64,000 nt of DNA from an uncultured Candidatus Saccharibacteria bacterium (GTDB taxonomy: Bacteria > Patescibacteriota > Dojkabacteria > GCA-002793355), in the NCBI GenBank assembly GCA_964525295.1, contig CAZGEO010000001.1:376662-440661 (forward strand), in the 5' to 3' direction. Under the pieces are notes generated by a model. That model saw only the letters and a list, made by a program, of their open reading frames with translations, was not told where the DNA came from and ran no database searches. The position numbers and the translations under genes are program-made. Numbering within the stretch: position 1 is the stretch's first letter; the number at the start of each line of letters is the position of its first letter. Shown in pieces: positions 21,501 through 28,157 of this stretch.

Positions 21501-22485
21501 AAAATCGTAATACTGTTGGCGCAGCAGGAGCACACCCTGGGCCAATCTTAAAACCATCCTGACCATTTTGTGCACCAAGCCCTTTGTCAATGAATACCGA
21601 ACCTGAATATGACAATGTCGTGTTACAAATCATGACGACTCGTCCACCACCACCACCACCACCGACGTACGTTGCTGTGGCATCGGCACTACCACCACGA
21701 GCTGAAACAGTACCGTTTCCTGCAAGTACATTTGCTTGAATCCAAATAGAACCACCTGCGCCACCACCACCAGAAGTAACGCCATCACCACTTTTTGCAC
21801 CCAGTAAACCGTTTGCTGAAATTTCACCGTTAATAGTTACTGTTCCGGAAGATTCAATTCTTATTGCACCACCACCAGCTCCACCTGCTCCGCCCATACC
21901 GCCATCTGCGCCGGCACCACCTAAAGTAATCGGGGACTCGAGCAAACCATAGCTACCACCGGTTGAACCTAATACAACACCGACACCACCAGACGTATTA
22001 CCAGCACCACCTGCTCCACCATGACCACCACCAGAACCTGCAGCAGTACCTGTTGATGCAGTCGCAGACGCTAACGTTCCTGAAGAAGCATCGGTACTAC
22101 CAACCGTATAACCCTGCCCTGACGCAGTGATTTCACCACCATTTTCAATCGTTAAGTTACCAACTTTAAGCTGGACGCCCTTATCATCTGCTACATCAGC
22201 ATTTGCCGAGATTGAACTTTTCAATATCAACTTACCTGTACTGGTGATTGTAATATCTTGGGCGCTACAATCAACTATATTGTCTTCATTTGTAGGGGTA
22301 ATTTCAATTGTTGAATCGATTGTTGTTGGCAAAGAACAAGTTGCTGCACGCAATTGCGGGCCATTTTGCTGCATTTGACCAGCCAACGTTGAAAACATCA
22401 ATGAAAGAAATAGGAAATAGGCAAGCGTGACTTTATGAATTTGAGCTGCGATTGCGAGTGCGTGAGTCAAGCGGATACTTTTCAT
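9529..22485 (-). CDS. Giant (4318 aa) secreted surface protein, probable adhesin. It contains Gly-rich beta-helix modules, five ~360-aa tandem repeats, three LamG/ConA-like lectin domains, FN3/Big-like domains, six Ig-like repeats and a C-terminal beta-sandwich/2-TM anchor module.
   Basis: The single uninterrupted ORF is 12,957 nt. It has an N-terminal signal peptide. GGxGGxGG...SIWI...GG motifs are typical of right-handed beta-helix. Repeated YDNGDxxWxNDYGV modules occur. Three NEWHH-type LamG_3 motifs occur. Six ~95-aa repeats have the form TLxWxSxxxxNLSIxxxIGxVxxxGxxxVxPxxTTTYxItG. C-terminal hydrophobic helices are flanked by CarboxypepD_reg-like segments. Confidence 0.85.
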   Translation of the reverse strand: MKSIRLTHALAIAAQIHKVTLAYFLFLSLMFSTLAGQMQQNGPQLRAATCSLPTTIDSTIEITPTNEDNIVDCSAQDITITSTGKLILKSSISANADVADDKGVQLKVGNLTIENGGEITASGQGYTVGSTDASSGTLASATASTGTAAGSGGGHGGAGGAGNTSGGVGVVLGSTGGSYGLLESPITLGGAGADGGMGGAGGAGGGAIRIESSGTVTINGEISANGLLGAKSGDGVTSGGGGAGGSIWIQANVLAGNGTVSARGGSADATATYVGGGGGGGRVVMICNTTLSYSGSVFIDKGLGAQNGQDGFKIGPGCAPAAPTVLRFYETANTTSFVNRRLDIDYLTTSQKITFASNIQGENERLQIEVRKKTDAFQNIPTGGQVTLASNKSCNDIPDQSGVQISQYCGYAEVTGLTVSEQYKWQARIVNASGVYSPWVQYGGNSVNDSDFTVSGPMASLIIVEGNGISGAAGQPLNPAPRVRAVDAAGYGVPFVPDFNWTVTSGGGLVTNKQHTTDQWGELTATWTLGSTAGINNNTMNVWRYATGYSVTFTVSTVPDQIVSYQVVPSSSLVLVDANFSLTVTAKDKYGNTVPHNGSVTLYPVSSYDQVSPGLGTLAPETITLTNGVGTTNTATYSYTENIQIRVSDGNGITGVSPSIMFVAQLGTCPGIIIDQATTWNASSVPGGVFDCRGLGQLTVRTGATLTLQGYDNGDGDWSNDYGVTILADDMLVESGAVVSADATGYAVGRGPGWGNCAGASYGGYGGNGPYNAAKTPYGSIYGSVLLGSGASERGSGGGAIKLTLSGTLTVEGAISANAYSGALGCWNSTASGGSVWVEATTIASTTGTGIIRANSEIGRGSGGRVALYYANNNGFAIDSLHLQSYGGNQNDSYGQGGGAGTVYVEQLGVDLSQQGTLLIDSRSSGNPREAYVPAGNYIFKKIIATRKGHVLFKGDATTGSLQLSSKEGIQGDSTLSQVNVEGTLKYIPENPGETLEVEGVELGLKGDVVGINDISIGATQTSAVTLYANTWAHNDTTPWEFGNITVASNGLLVMQGYDNGDSNWSNDYGVALSVDNLTVATGGYIDAVARGYGYARGYGAAWCGGASYGGYGGNGPNNAGGVPYGTIYGSLALGSGSDNESGSGPGGGAMKLTVANELKVDGIIDASAHPTRSGCWGSSGSGGSIWIDTNKLSSTTGTPVIRANGGGYAASTGRGSGGRIAIYYSALEGLAINENTVLAIGGRYQNGNYGKGGSAGTIYYEQKGVDTPQQGKLLIANANHATASISGAYVPVGDYVLSEIKAVNGGHVTFAGNSSAGKLTVTNGNSLVGSTGNVASITINGVFEYSPVESGVALGVNGVNVALAGDAQGVSAIKIGESSAAGVTLYANTWAHNDTLPWQFGDITVAANGSLYMQGYDNGDTNWTNDYGVSLSVNNLTVATGGKIDAISRGYAAGRGTGAASCGGASYGGYGGSSPGGVGGVPYGTIYGSLFLGSGADTGETSNGLGGGAMKLTVANELRVDGIIDASADPTRYGCWYSSPSGGSIWIDTNKLSSTTGTPVIRANGGGYAASTGRGSGGRIAIYYSTLEGLALNENTVNAYGGRYQNANYGYGGSAGTIYYEQKGTDSPQQGTLLVYNGNHASAPTTGAYLPADTYTLKSILLRGKGNVTVDGNQTVGVLEVDENTVNVDTNPARVTVKGILRNIGGQPFNIKNNGHYAIEGKIENIDSITVGKTSAGYLTLNARTWNYSYDTPYEFALLDIGSTGVVYVRSYDNGDSDWSNDHGLALSTMNFNVDAGGMMTATGNGYSGYRGPGAAVEAGGNHSGASHGGLGNPGGNGVRNPYGSMYEPTTLGSGGYRVSPGGGAIKISVAGTSTINGTIETSGVYTGVEANGGTGGSIWLETDELTGAGKLTANGATSTNWDGGGSAGGRIAVYYRNNDGFDLSKNSLQARGGPGGRGNGGPGTVYVENLGVDERYSGRLIVDNNGVNGQYAGVVEGTYKLKGIELSRYGNVRFLGNAGILEITSPSGFSGDATKPLLTVQGTLKYTGAGTFSIDGVNVEIAGKLEGIEGAPVTAITVGQTSSAGLTLNANTWYHNKNNGYQIDTLTVGPLGTVTMNSYDDGDSVWTDDYGVTLQTNDLTIETGGLITASGKGYGGYRGPGAAIEAGGYHGGASYGGYGYSGGNGVRASYGNLYEPVDLGSGGYTVSPGGGAMRLIVNNALRLDGNIESLGVYTGGVNSGTGGSIWVETNQLSGSGKILANAYNGSNWDGGGSAGGRIALYYRTNDGFDLSTTSLQARGGTGSRGNGGPGTVYFENRGVDAERGGSLIVDNNNVAARAGDFDAGDYTFNDVTIGQNVSAWVKSDTKAVVENSTMPAAHAPVKIDESVALLHFDEQGFVDSSINANNAMQFGGVTAVSGKFGRGQSILQNQVIKIEPITLPDSYTLELWAKFPLPTTIDGWRTAVGRIEGGLHPIIVENTGRLGLYTNAFYATSFNVNTLTPGWHHIATRSTGSTTEFFVDGVSVGSVASRPTGAISYLGNYCNTAGCRQNFGQLDAVRLTSGLLTNEQILASATSETAPTATTNTVALWQLDETELSYADSSLSQSNRAFGLGEKSVTGVYGNALQFNGYNSQVVSGVSMATPVDYSLELRFKTNTTVGGKLIGFSDSSTTATNYNDRTLYLSNDGRINFGMYNNGNRVITSANSYNDNEWHYVIATFSTVNGMRLYVDGQLVASDANTSYYPYTAFVRVGYDNLNGWANAPTSHYFAGIIDEVRVLSREISAIEVTNLNNTASQLSADAETLILWHFDDEKVNYFSDEVSLNGAPYAQEVVTKTGVYGQSAYFSGNRSYVSLPNGPMDFLTGFSVSFWARPTSSPNYARFFDFNNGTPSNNVLLSRYGTGSDLWFEIYNGSSSAGGIRVTNGIINNEWHHYAVTVSATGYASIYRDGNLLQSSQLIAIPNVVRANKFIGRSPWNDDPYYAGYLDEFSLKNRAMTPDEIKAEYNGYTLAEFTNEYLTQVIGKGVTLNVKGNFLLDSGASIIGTGQGFPTDEGQGRGNRGVGYSGGGGGANGGNGGQGQGDGVNQPAQGGVKYGEQLVPKTLGAGGGASSQGAMGGNGGGAFAIIASGLLQDGVYTKGDVTVRGSIIMDGSIGRTGSPGGGGGAGGSILLHGNTCDISGTLSARGGEGGNSDVDGGSGGGGRVSILYNSGPCYVNAIVSVAEGTPSDPANYGAQVGQTGTYPDEPNSVPWPSQYREQFELKPAAQSSISDEKIVYAMAATKVADVLGVTESAIPVGGVINGTTVTLKADAYDAGATIASPKRLKIQVELKKIDQLFDGQTGIHDSDSVIFTGGPPVVLSVQVANLEMGASYKWRVRTVNIDNNLESEWRDYGDNAGNAADFTITTVAALDMQSPNTTLEFSDSATVTVAALNSVGSVDTTYRGTVRFRSDSLSAQLPDEYTFTSGDNGQRTFTNAIRFFESGTFTVTVEDAVNSTLIDSLVFTVNPPRIPYLSIGATSTEIIQGQTTTLQWQSNYISNLSINNSIGSVGTTGSIEVSPLETTTYVITGTNEADETVTSSVTIFVEEVQPTISITAVPNPVINGNSVTLSWSSEYLSNLSIDNGIGAVGAAGSLVIFPDSTTTYEISGTSPLNETFRTSVTVTVNNLVGTVSLQASATELIVGNATTLQWSSENLTNLSINNGVGAVSASGTREVSPSATTTYVISGQNIQTGETVNASVTITVLPVPTVATLTLTASATQINPGNSVVLQWQSTQLSNLSISQNIGSVDANGTRTVTPGATTTYTITGQKGDGSTMQASVTITVIPVVVAKTPSLGISASASKIKVGESVTLQWQSSNVTDLSINPAIGAVGASGTLQVSPKVTTTYEISAKTGSGKIIKATVTVQVQQVVVTTIVPTGSPISAEICPVIKDFIISTKMVKKGENFTITWNVQQADTVAINAFAENLPLSGSATISLQSSKDITLYARKGSCEKLQTKHLDVVAAYPWEGAGGMLIGVVALETIAMQIGVAHGNIWMAIAGLIDRRKKRTPWGVVYNAVSKKMVGRAIVRLWDAKSGRLVDTVVTDAQGIFKLTPKKGQYVIKVVHPEFTYPSKLVASSDTDSGFSNIYKGEVIEIKEDNELLTISIPLDPVKRSKGELFTKYATNFTSEVISLISPIVLVAGLVYSVVVSYLYPVTVNYVIIGIYAILLVLKLAVYLSKPKIYGTVNGVDGKIVSGLEIGLFEKEFDTMVAKTFTNKRGGYNFVVKNGDYYLRILDPGYKILSKFAGKKGLVINKLPSFSGGVRLIAENLMVYPVK
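15500..20450 (-). repeat. Intragenic tandem repeats, period ~1080 bp, 5 copies. Copies 2 and 3 are near-identical at the DNA level.
   Basis: Stretches of 60-90 nt are identical at 17701-17830 and 18781-18910. The NTWAHND-encoding segments at ~18305 and ~19385 lie exactly 1080 bp apart. Diverged copies sit at ~16215, ~17250 and ~20380. Confidence 0.8.
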
Positions 22486-23459
22486 TTTTTCGTCTCTTTT
22501 GAATTACCTGAATTTTCTTTCTCTTTTGTTTGCTTTTGCGATAACATCTTTGCCTGCAAAAATGCATAAAATATCAAGATTGGTAAGAGAAGAATCTGAA
22601 GAAGCATGACCACTAGCAATATTGGCATAGTTTTAGTGCAAAGATAGATGATTAATGAAGTAGCAGCCATTACCAAGAAATATGGTATGTACAAACTCCA
22701 ACACATCTTAATGCAACGTTGTGGTTCTTCACATAGACGAGATTGCAACATACTAACCAAGTAACCAATAACTAGTCCAAATAGAAAATGTGCAGCAATT
22801 CCGAGAAGATACGCAAGGATGAATACCAAAATTGCTCCAACAATTACATAAACCGTGATCAATTGAGGTGAAAGGAAGGAATTAAAGTGTGTATACAACC
22901 CTTGCTTGTCGTATGAAACGCCTTCTTTTAGACCGATTTGTTGATATCGAACCTGTTTCACACCTGTATTAAGATGTACTCGAATCCCTTGTTTATCAAA
23001 TTGCAAACCGTAACGTGAGATTTTTTTACCCTCATGGACGATATCGTCCCAAAAATACTTATTTAGTTTGCCAGTTGTGTCAACAACTACAAAATATTGG
23101 GACTTTTCTGTACTTGAAAGCAAGAATGTCCAAATAGCTGGTTTAATATCAATATTTAATTCGTTATTTTTAATTACTACGCGTGAAAAATTCGCATTAA
23201 CCAACGCATTGTCTATTGCTTTTTTAGCATTTTCTACAAGAGGAAGATAGGTAAACAGTACCATACCAAGATAAATCACTACCGCAACTAGTGCCTGAAC
23301 AAACCCAAAACGGGCAATCACTTTTTTATGATAAGACAACGGCAAAGCCACGGATTCTTCTATCTCTGCGGGGTGCAGTGATAGTGGGGCCAGCGGTGCT
23401 TTTTTTCTCTCTCCTTGCATGTAGCAATTCAGTATAGCAACTCTGCAAGTTTGAGACAA
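22482..23459 (-). CDS. Polytopic membrane protein, hypothetical. Translationally coupled to the giant surface protein gene.
   Basis: The stop TGA (22482-22484) overlaps the ATG of the 4318-aa gene (22483-22485), an ATGA overlap. It has one N-terminal TM helix, an extracytoplasmic loop of ~150 aa and then 3-4 C-terminal TM helices. Confidence 0.5.
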   Translation of the reverse strand: MSQTCRVAILNCYMQGERKKAPLAPLSLHPAEIEESVALPLSYHKKVIARFGFVQALVAVVIYLGMVLFTYLPLVENAKKAIDNALVNANFSRVVIKNNELNIDIKPAIWTFLLSSTEKSQYFVVVDTTGKLNKYFWDDIVHEGKKISRYGLQFDKQGIRVHLNTGVKQVRYQQIGLKEGVSYDKQGLYTHFNSFLSPQLITVYVIVGAILVFILAYLLGIAAHFLFGLVIGYLVSMLQSRLCEEPQRCIKMCWSLYIPYFLVMAATSLIIYLCTKTMPILLVVMLLQILLLPILIFYAFLQAKMLSQKQTKEKENSGNSKETKK

Positions 23460-23484
23460 GAGCCTATATTAGCAATATGCCACC

Positions 23485-25041
23485 TTACTGCTTCTGCACG
23501 TGAGAAGGTAGATATTTCGCCCACAAATACGCAAGTAAATCATCGACACCAAACCCTCGATGTAATGTTTTCTGTAACAGTTCATTCATCGTGTACTGAG
23601 AGCCATATTGGTGAACATATTGCCTTAACCATTCTTTAATTTTCTTGATTCCATCGGGAATTACAAGGAGATTTTCAATTGCTCCAAGTTCTTGCTCAAG
23701 TGCTCGTTTATAGATAATTGAAAGCGCTGTACCCATTGAATAGGTTGGAAAGTAGCCAAAAGCGCCCATACTCCAATGAATATCTTGCAGTACGCCGAGA
23801 TCATCAGAAGGCACCTCAATACCAAGATATTCTTTAATTTTCTCGTTCCAGCGGGCAGGAAGATCTGCTACTTTCAAATCTCCGCGTATCATTTCAAGCT
23901 CAAGTTCAAAGCGCAACATGATATGAAAATGATACGTGATTTCATCTGCCTCAACTCTAATAAGTGACGGCCTAACCTTATTTACATAATAATATATCGC
24001 TTGCTGCCCTTTTTCTGCGATATGAGTTGCGATTTCTGGTGACAACTCCTCTACTTTACGTTGATATTTTAACCAAAACGCTTCTGACCTACCGATTATA
24101 TTCTCCCAGAATCTCGATTGTGACTCATGAACCACTAATGAAGATGGTGATTGAATTGGTGAATACTCAAACTCTTCTGAAGATTGCAGTTCATACAGTG
24201 CATGACCAAATTCATGAATAACCGCCAGTGGACTTCTAGCCCAATCTTTTTCGTGATACCACGAGGTTATTCGCACATCCCGCAAAGAAATCATTTGAGT
24301 AAACGGGTGTGCTGAAATATCTAGGCGCAACTTATCGGCATTTACCTCGAAGAAGCCTAATATGGACGCGTTAAGTTGCGCCATTTTTTCTTGCGAGTAC
24401 GGCAGTTCAGACATTTGTTGATTACCAGTGAATTCGCCACGGGCCATAACCTGCGTAAGAATTTCTTTTAGTGGTCCGCGAAGCGAATCAAAATACGTTT
24501 TGACCTGCTCTGTGGTCAACCCCTCTTCATATTGATCAAGCAGGGCATCATAGAGATTGTCTTTGTATCCAAGGTATTCTGCTTGTTTTCTCGAAAGATC
24601 CACAATCTTTTGAAGGGTTGGCGCAAACAATGAAAAATCCTTTGCTTTTTTAGCATTTCTCCAAATAACGACCGCTTCGCTCGTTAATTTCGCGTATTCT
24701 TCAACAAATTCTTTTGGCAATTTTCTATAATGGTCAATTGCACGAGTTAATACTCTAACAATACCTTTTTCGGCATCGGTCAAGCCCGATTCTTGCGCAG
24801 CTTTCGCGACCAATTCTTGAAACAGAGGATCCAGCAAAAGCTGTTGCGACATCAGCGAAAGCTGCGCAACTGCTTCACCTCTTGCGGGAGCTCCTTGCTC
24901 AGGCATATATGTTTCGTTATCCCAACCTGCGAGCGACTGAACATGCGAAAGCGCCCAGATTGGGCGATACTTTTCTAAAATCTGCTTAATGTATACATTT
25001 TTAAAGTAGTCTTGTTCCATCGAATATAGTAGCAGATACAA
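23485..25041 (-). CDS. Carboxypeptidase Taq-like metallopeptidase (family M32)
   Basis: It has HEXXH (HEFGHALY) and the M32 signature DIHWSMGAFGYFPTYSMG. Length is 518 aa. Confidence 0.85.
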   Translation of the reverse strand: MYLLLYSMEQDYFKNVYIKQILEKYRPIWALSHVQSLAGWDNETYMPEQGAPARGEAVAQLSLMSQQLLLDPLFQELVAKAAQESGLTDAEKGIVRVLTRAIDHYRKLPKEFVEEYAKLTSEAVVIWRNAKKAKDFSLFAPTLQKIVDLSRKQAEYLGYKDNLYDALLDQYEEGLTTEQVKTYFDSLRGPLKEILTQVMARGEFTGNQQMSELPYSQEKMAQLNASILGFFEVNADKLRLDISAHPFTQMISLRDVRITSWYHEKDWARSPLAVIHEFGHALYELQSSEEFEYSPIQSPSSLVVHESQSRFWENIIGRSEAFWLKYQRKVEELSPEIATHIAEKGQQAIYYYVNKVRPSLIRVEADEITYHFHIMLRFELELEMIRGDLKVADLPARWNEKIKEYLGIEVPSDDLGVLQDIHWSMGAFGYFPTYSMGTALSIIYKRALEQELGAIENLLVIPDGIKKIKEWLRQYVHQYGSQYTMNELLQKTLHRGFGVDDLLAYLWAKYLPSHVQKQ

Positions 25042-25109
25042 ACAAGTGACGACAAATTAATTGTCAATTATCAATCGTCAATTGAGAATTAAGGATTATC
25101 CATCAATTG

Positions 25110-25739
25110 CTAAAGTTTCGAACGTCCCTTCATCGCTTCTTGCAACGTGTAGCTATCGACGTAATCAATGTCAGTACCTACAGAAATTCCTACCGCAACA
25201 CGAGAAAGTGAGATTCTGTCTCCAAATTCCTTCAATAAATCTTCTTTTATATAGAGAGCCGTCGTTTGACCTTCAGTTGTAGGGCTTAATGCAAAGATAA
25301 CTTCGAGTACTTCTCCTTGTTTTAGTTTTTTAATCAATTGCGACAGACGCTTCTTTAACTTTCCTAATTCGATGTCTTCAATTCCGTGACCTTTTACTGG
25401 CGACAGTAATCCGCCAAGCACGAAATACAAACCTTTATATCCTGCTGTTCTTTCAATCGCATAAACGTCCATATGGTCAGCAACTATACAAACGGTAGAC
25501 TGTTCACGAGCTGGATCGCCACAAATTTCACATGGATTGGTATCCGCAAGCATATTACAAAAAGAGCAGGTTTCTACGGAGTTTTTTAACTCTTGAATGC
25601 TAGTGCTCAAAAAAGATAGACGGTCTTGAGGCAGAGAAAATAGAAAATATGCCAATCTGCGGGCAGATTTCGGACCAACACCGGGCAATCGTTGCAATTC
25701 AAGGGTCAAAGTTTTAAGCGATTTTGGTATTATGCCCAT
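25110..25739 (-). CDS. recR: Recombination protein RecR
   Basis: N-terminal HhH is LPGVGPKSARRLAYFL. C4 zinc finger is CSFCNMLADTNPCEIC. A Toprim region follows. Length is 209 aa. Confidence 0.9.
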   Translation of the reverse strand: MGIIPKSLKTLTLELQRLPGVGPKSARRLAYFLFSLPQDRLSFLSTSIQELKNSVETCSFCNMLADTNPCEICGDPAREQSTVCIVADHMDVYAIERTAGYKGLYFVLGGLLSPVKGHGIEDIELGKLKKRLSQLIKKLKQGEVLEVIFALSPTTEGQTTALYIKEDLLKEFGDRISLSRVAVGISVGTDIDYVDSYTLQEAMKGRSKL

Positions 25740-25842
25740 TATTAATTTCTAATTATCAATTATTAGTTTTCAATAAAAGAATTCACAGGAATATTTCAAC
25801 TCTTCTTGCATTAATAATTGACAATTGTGAATTGAAAATTGA

Positions 25843-26148
25843 TTACATACCGAGCATCTTCTTCATTTGCTCCATATCCATTCCTTTCATGAGCTCTTTC
25901 TGAAGTTTTTGCTGCGCATCTTTATAGGCAGACATTATGTCATTCTTCAAATCTTTCGCCTTTTCTGGTTTTAAAAGCAACTCATCAATAGTGATATTTA
26001 TTAATTCCTGCAAGCCATTCAAATGCACCTTGACCAAGTGATCGCGTGATTCACCGAAAACTTGGATAGCTTTCATTTTATCTTGCTGAATTCGTGCCTG
26101 CTTTAACGCTTCTGGCACTTTTCCTAAATTTTTAAGTCCGTCAAACAT
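25843..26148 (-). CDS. ybaB: Nucleoid-associated protein YbaB/EbfC
   Basis: It is 101 aa. The pattern MFDGLKNLGK...VKVHLNGLQEL is typical of YbaB. The ybaB-recR order is conserved. Confidence 0.85.
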   Translation of the reverse strand: MFDGLKNLGKVPEALKQARIQQDKMKAIQVFGESRDHLVKVHLNGLQELINITIDELLLKPEKAKDLKNDIMSAYKDAQQKLQKELMKGMDMEQMKKMLGM

Positions 26149-26187
26149 GTCAGCATTCTAACATAAAGATGGTAAAATACAATAATT

Positions 26188-26526
26188 ATGGTAGCAGAAA
26201 AACTCGATAAACAGCGAATTGCTCAAGAATTGCTCACGCATGGAGCCAAGATGAAAATTGACCAAACTAGCATAATCACTCTTCCAACTAGCGAAGATAC
26301 TCCACCTATTGTTATTGTCAGTGTCCCCAAAAAAAGTTGCAAAAGTGCAGTTAAGCGAAACAGAATAAGGCGTCAATGTAAAGGTATGATTCAGTATTTA
26401 ACAAAAAATCGTGAAGTAATTAAAGCGAACTGGATGTTTATTTGTAAAACTGATCAATTATCGCCAAACGACCTTGCGAACTTACGCTCTCTTATCCTTT
26501 CACAACATGCTCAAAAAAATCAGTAA
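26188..26526 (+). CDS. rnpA: Ribonuclease P protein component
   Basis: It is 112 aa and basic. It has the RNR motif (AVKRNRIRRQ). It sits immediately upstream of yidD-yidC in the canonical order. Confidence 0.7.
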   Translation: MVAEKLDKQRIAQELLTHGAKMKIDQTSIITLPTSEDTPPIVIVSVPKKSCKSAVKRNRIRRQCKGMIQYLTKNREVIKANWMFICKTDQLSPNDLANLRSLILSQHAQKNQ

Positions 26527-26734
26527 CTTTCTCATTACCTGGTATCAGAAAACACTATCACCTGATCATGGACCGAATCATCGGGCGACCTGTCGATTCA
26601 TTCCAACCTGCTCTGAATACGGCAAAGAAGCTATTGATAAATATGGATGGAAAGGCGTTGCAATGACAACATGGCGAATAATTCGCTGTAATCCATTAAT
26701 GACAAAATCAGGAACAGTCGAAACTGTTCCTTAA
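26507..26734 (+). CDS. yidD: Membrane protein insertion efficiency factor YidD
   Basis: Motifs CRFIPTCSEYGKEAI...RIIRCNP are present. The start is placed at the internal Met (MLKKISNFLI). It overlaps the rnpA 3' end. Confidence 0.8.
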   Translation: MLKKISNFLITWYQKTLSPDHGPNHRATCRFIPTCSEYGKEAIDKYGWKGVAMTTWRIIRCNPLMTKSGTVETVP

Positions 26735-26911
26735 CCGAAACTATGGAAAATTGATTCGGGGGCAGTGCCGAATAAGTCATGTTACACGTTCTCTCGACTT
26801 GCGTCAATCAGTAATTATTAATTTTCAATTCTCAATGAACAAAATCGCCAAACAATGCGAACTCTATGTTGATCTACTCCCCATTACTAGTTAATAATCG
26901 ATAATTGGTAA

Positions 26912-28036
26912 TTGATAATTAACTCCGTATCGACTACAATACCTCTTATGCTTGGAACAATTTGGAATACCCTTATTTACCTCCCACTTCACAACGTTTT
27001 GACTTATGTCTACGTGTTGACTGGAAGCCTCGGAATTAGCGTTTTTATTATTATAGTTTTAGTTAGAATATTGCTTTGGCCAATGGTTGCCAAACAATAC
27101 CGTGATACAAAAAAAATTCGCTCACTACAACCACGACTTGATGAATTAAAAGAAAAGTATAAAAATGACCCACAAGGACTAGCAAAAGCGCAACAAGCAG
27201 TCTACAAAGAAGTCAACTACAATCCACTAGGCTGCGTTACCAATTTTGCGATTCAAATACCTATCGTCGCCGGGTTATATCAATCTGTCATTGCCTTTAC
27301 TAAGCATTCACCTGCTGATATGCCAGGGCTCTACCCCTTCGTGCAAACAAAATTGAATGAATTGAATCTAACGAATTTTGCAACTGATCTTCTTGGCGTT
27401 CAATTATTAACAAGCCCAACTAGCCACTTTGCCAATGGCTTCTTCACTCTCGATTCACTTCCTTACATTTTATTACTTGCAATTCTGATCGGAGCAAACG
27501 TTCTTCCAACCTGGGTATCAATGAAGGTTATGAATACTCAAGTGCCAAAAATCAAAAAGCAAGGCACAAAAACGGACGAAGAAAACATGCAGGAGGCGTT
27601 CACCTCATCAATGACCACGTCAACAATGTATATCATGCCAATTATGATGACACTTACCATGGCACCATTACCAAGCGTTGTTGCAGTTTATATGATTGTG
27701 CAGAATGTAGTAACTACTGTACAACAGATTATTGTTAAATATCTGCACGACATTACACTAAAAAAGAAACTTATTGCAGTAATGGTTGATAAATTCAAAA
27801 CAGACGTTCAGGAAGCCACTAAGAATGCAGAGAAACTTCTCAAACTAAGTAACGCAGTTAACTTCTTAGCTGACGAATTGGGCGAATTTGGCATAGTAAA
27901 AACGACCTCTACAAAAGTACACGACATCACTTTTGAACGCGTTTTAAGCCGTAAAAAAGACGTTGTCAGTGCATTGCTGACCTTTGATCAAATGGCAAGA
28001 AATCCAGAAAAGGCAGAAGAGATACTCAAAAAATAA
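26912..28036 (+). CDS. yidC: Membrane protein insertase YidC (short form)
   Basis: It has a 60-kDa IMP core with 5 TM helices. It follows rnpA-yidD. Length is 374 aa, matching the short Gram-positive-like form. Confidence 0.8.
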   Translation: MIINSVSTTIPLMLGTIWNTLIYLPLHNVLTYVYVLTGSLGISVFIIIVLVRILLWPMVAKQYRDTKKIRSLQPRLDELKEKYKNDPQGLAKAQQAVYKEVNYNPLGCVTNFAIQIPIVAGLYQSVIAFTKHSPADMPGLYPFVQTKLNELNLTNFATDLLGVQLLTSPTSHFANGFFTLDSLPYILLLAILIGANVLPTWVSMKVMNTQVPKIKKQGTKTDEENMQEAFTSSMTTSTMYIMPIMMTLTMAPLPSVVAVYMIVQNVVTTVQQIIVKYLHDITLKKKLIAVMVDKFKTDVQEATKNAEKLLKLSNAVNFLADELGEFGIVKTTSTKVHDITFERVLSRKKDVVSALLTFDQMARNPEKAEEILKK

Positions 28037-28157
28037 TGAAATAAAAATACCGCGTACTTACTTACGCAGGGAATTTCGCTTTGCTTCAGAACAGAACTGG
28101 TAATAATCACTATCTAGAGTTACGATATAATTATCGCCTAATCTGAAACGTTGATTA

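Noticed and set aside
26158-26376. Minus-strand 72-aa ORF
   Set aside because: It is antisense to rnpA, whose RNR motif and operon context are convincing.
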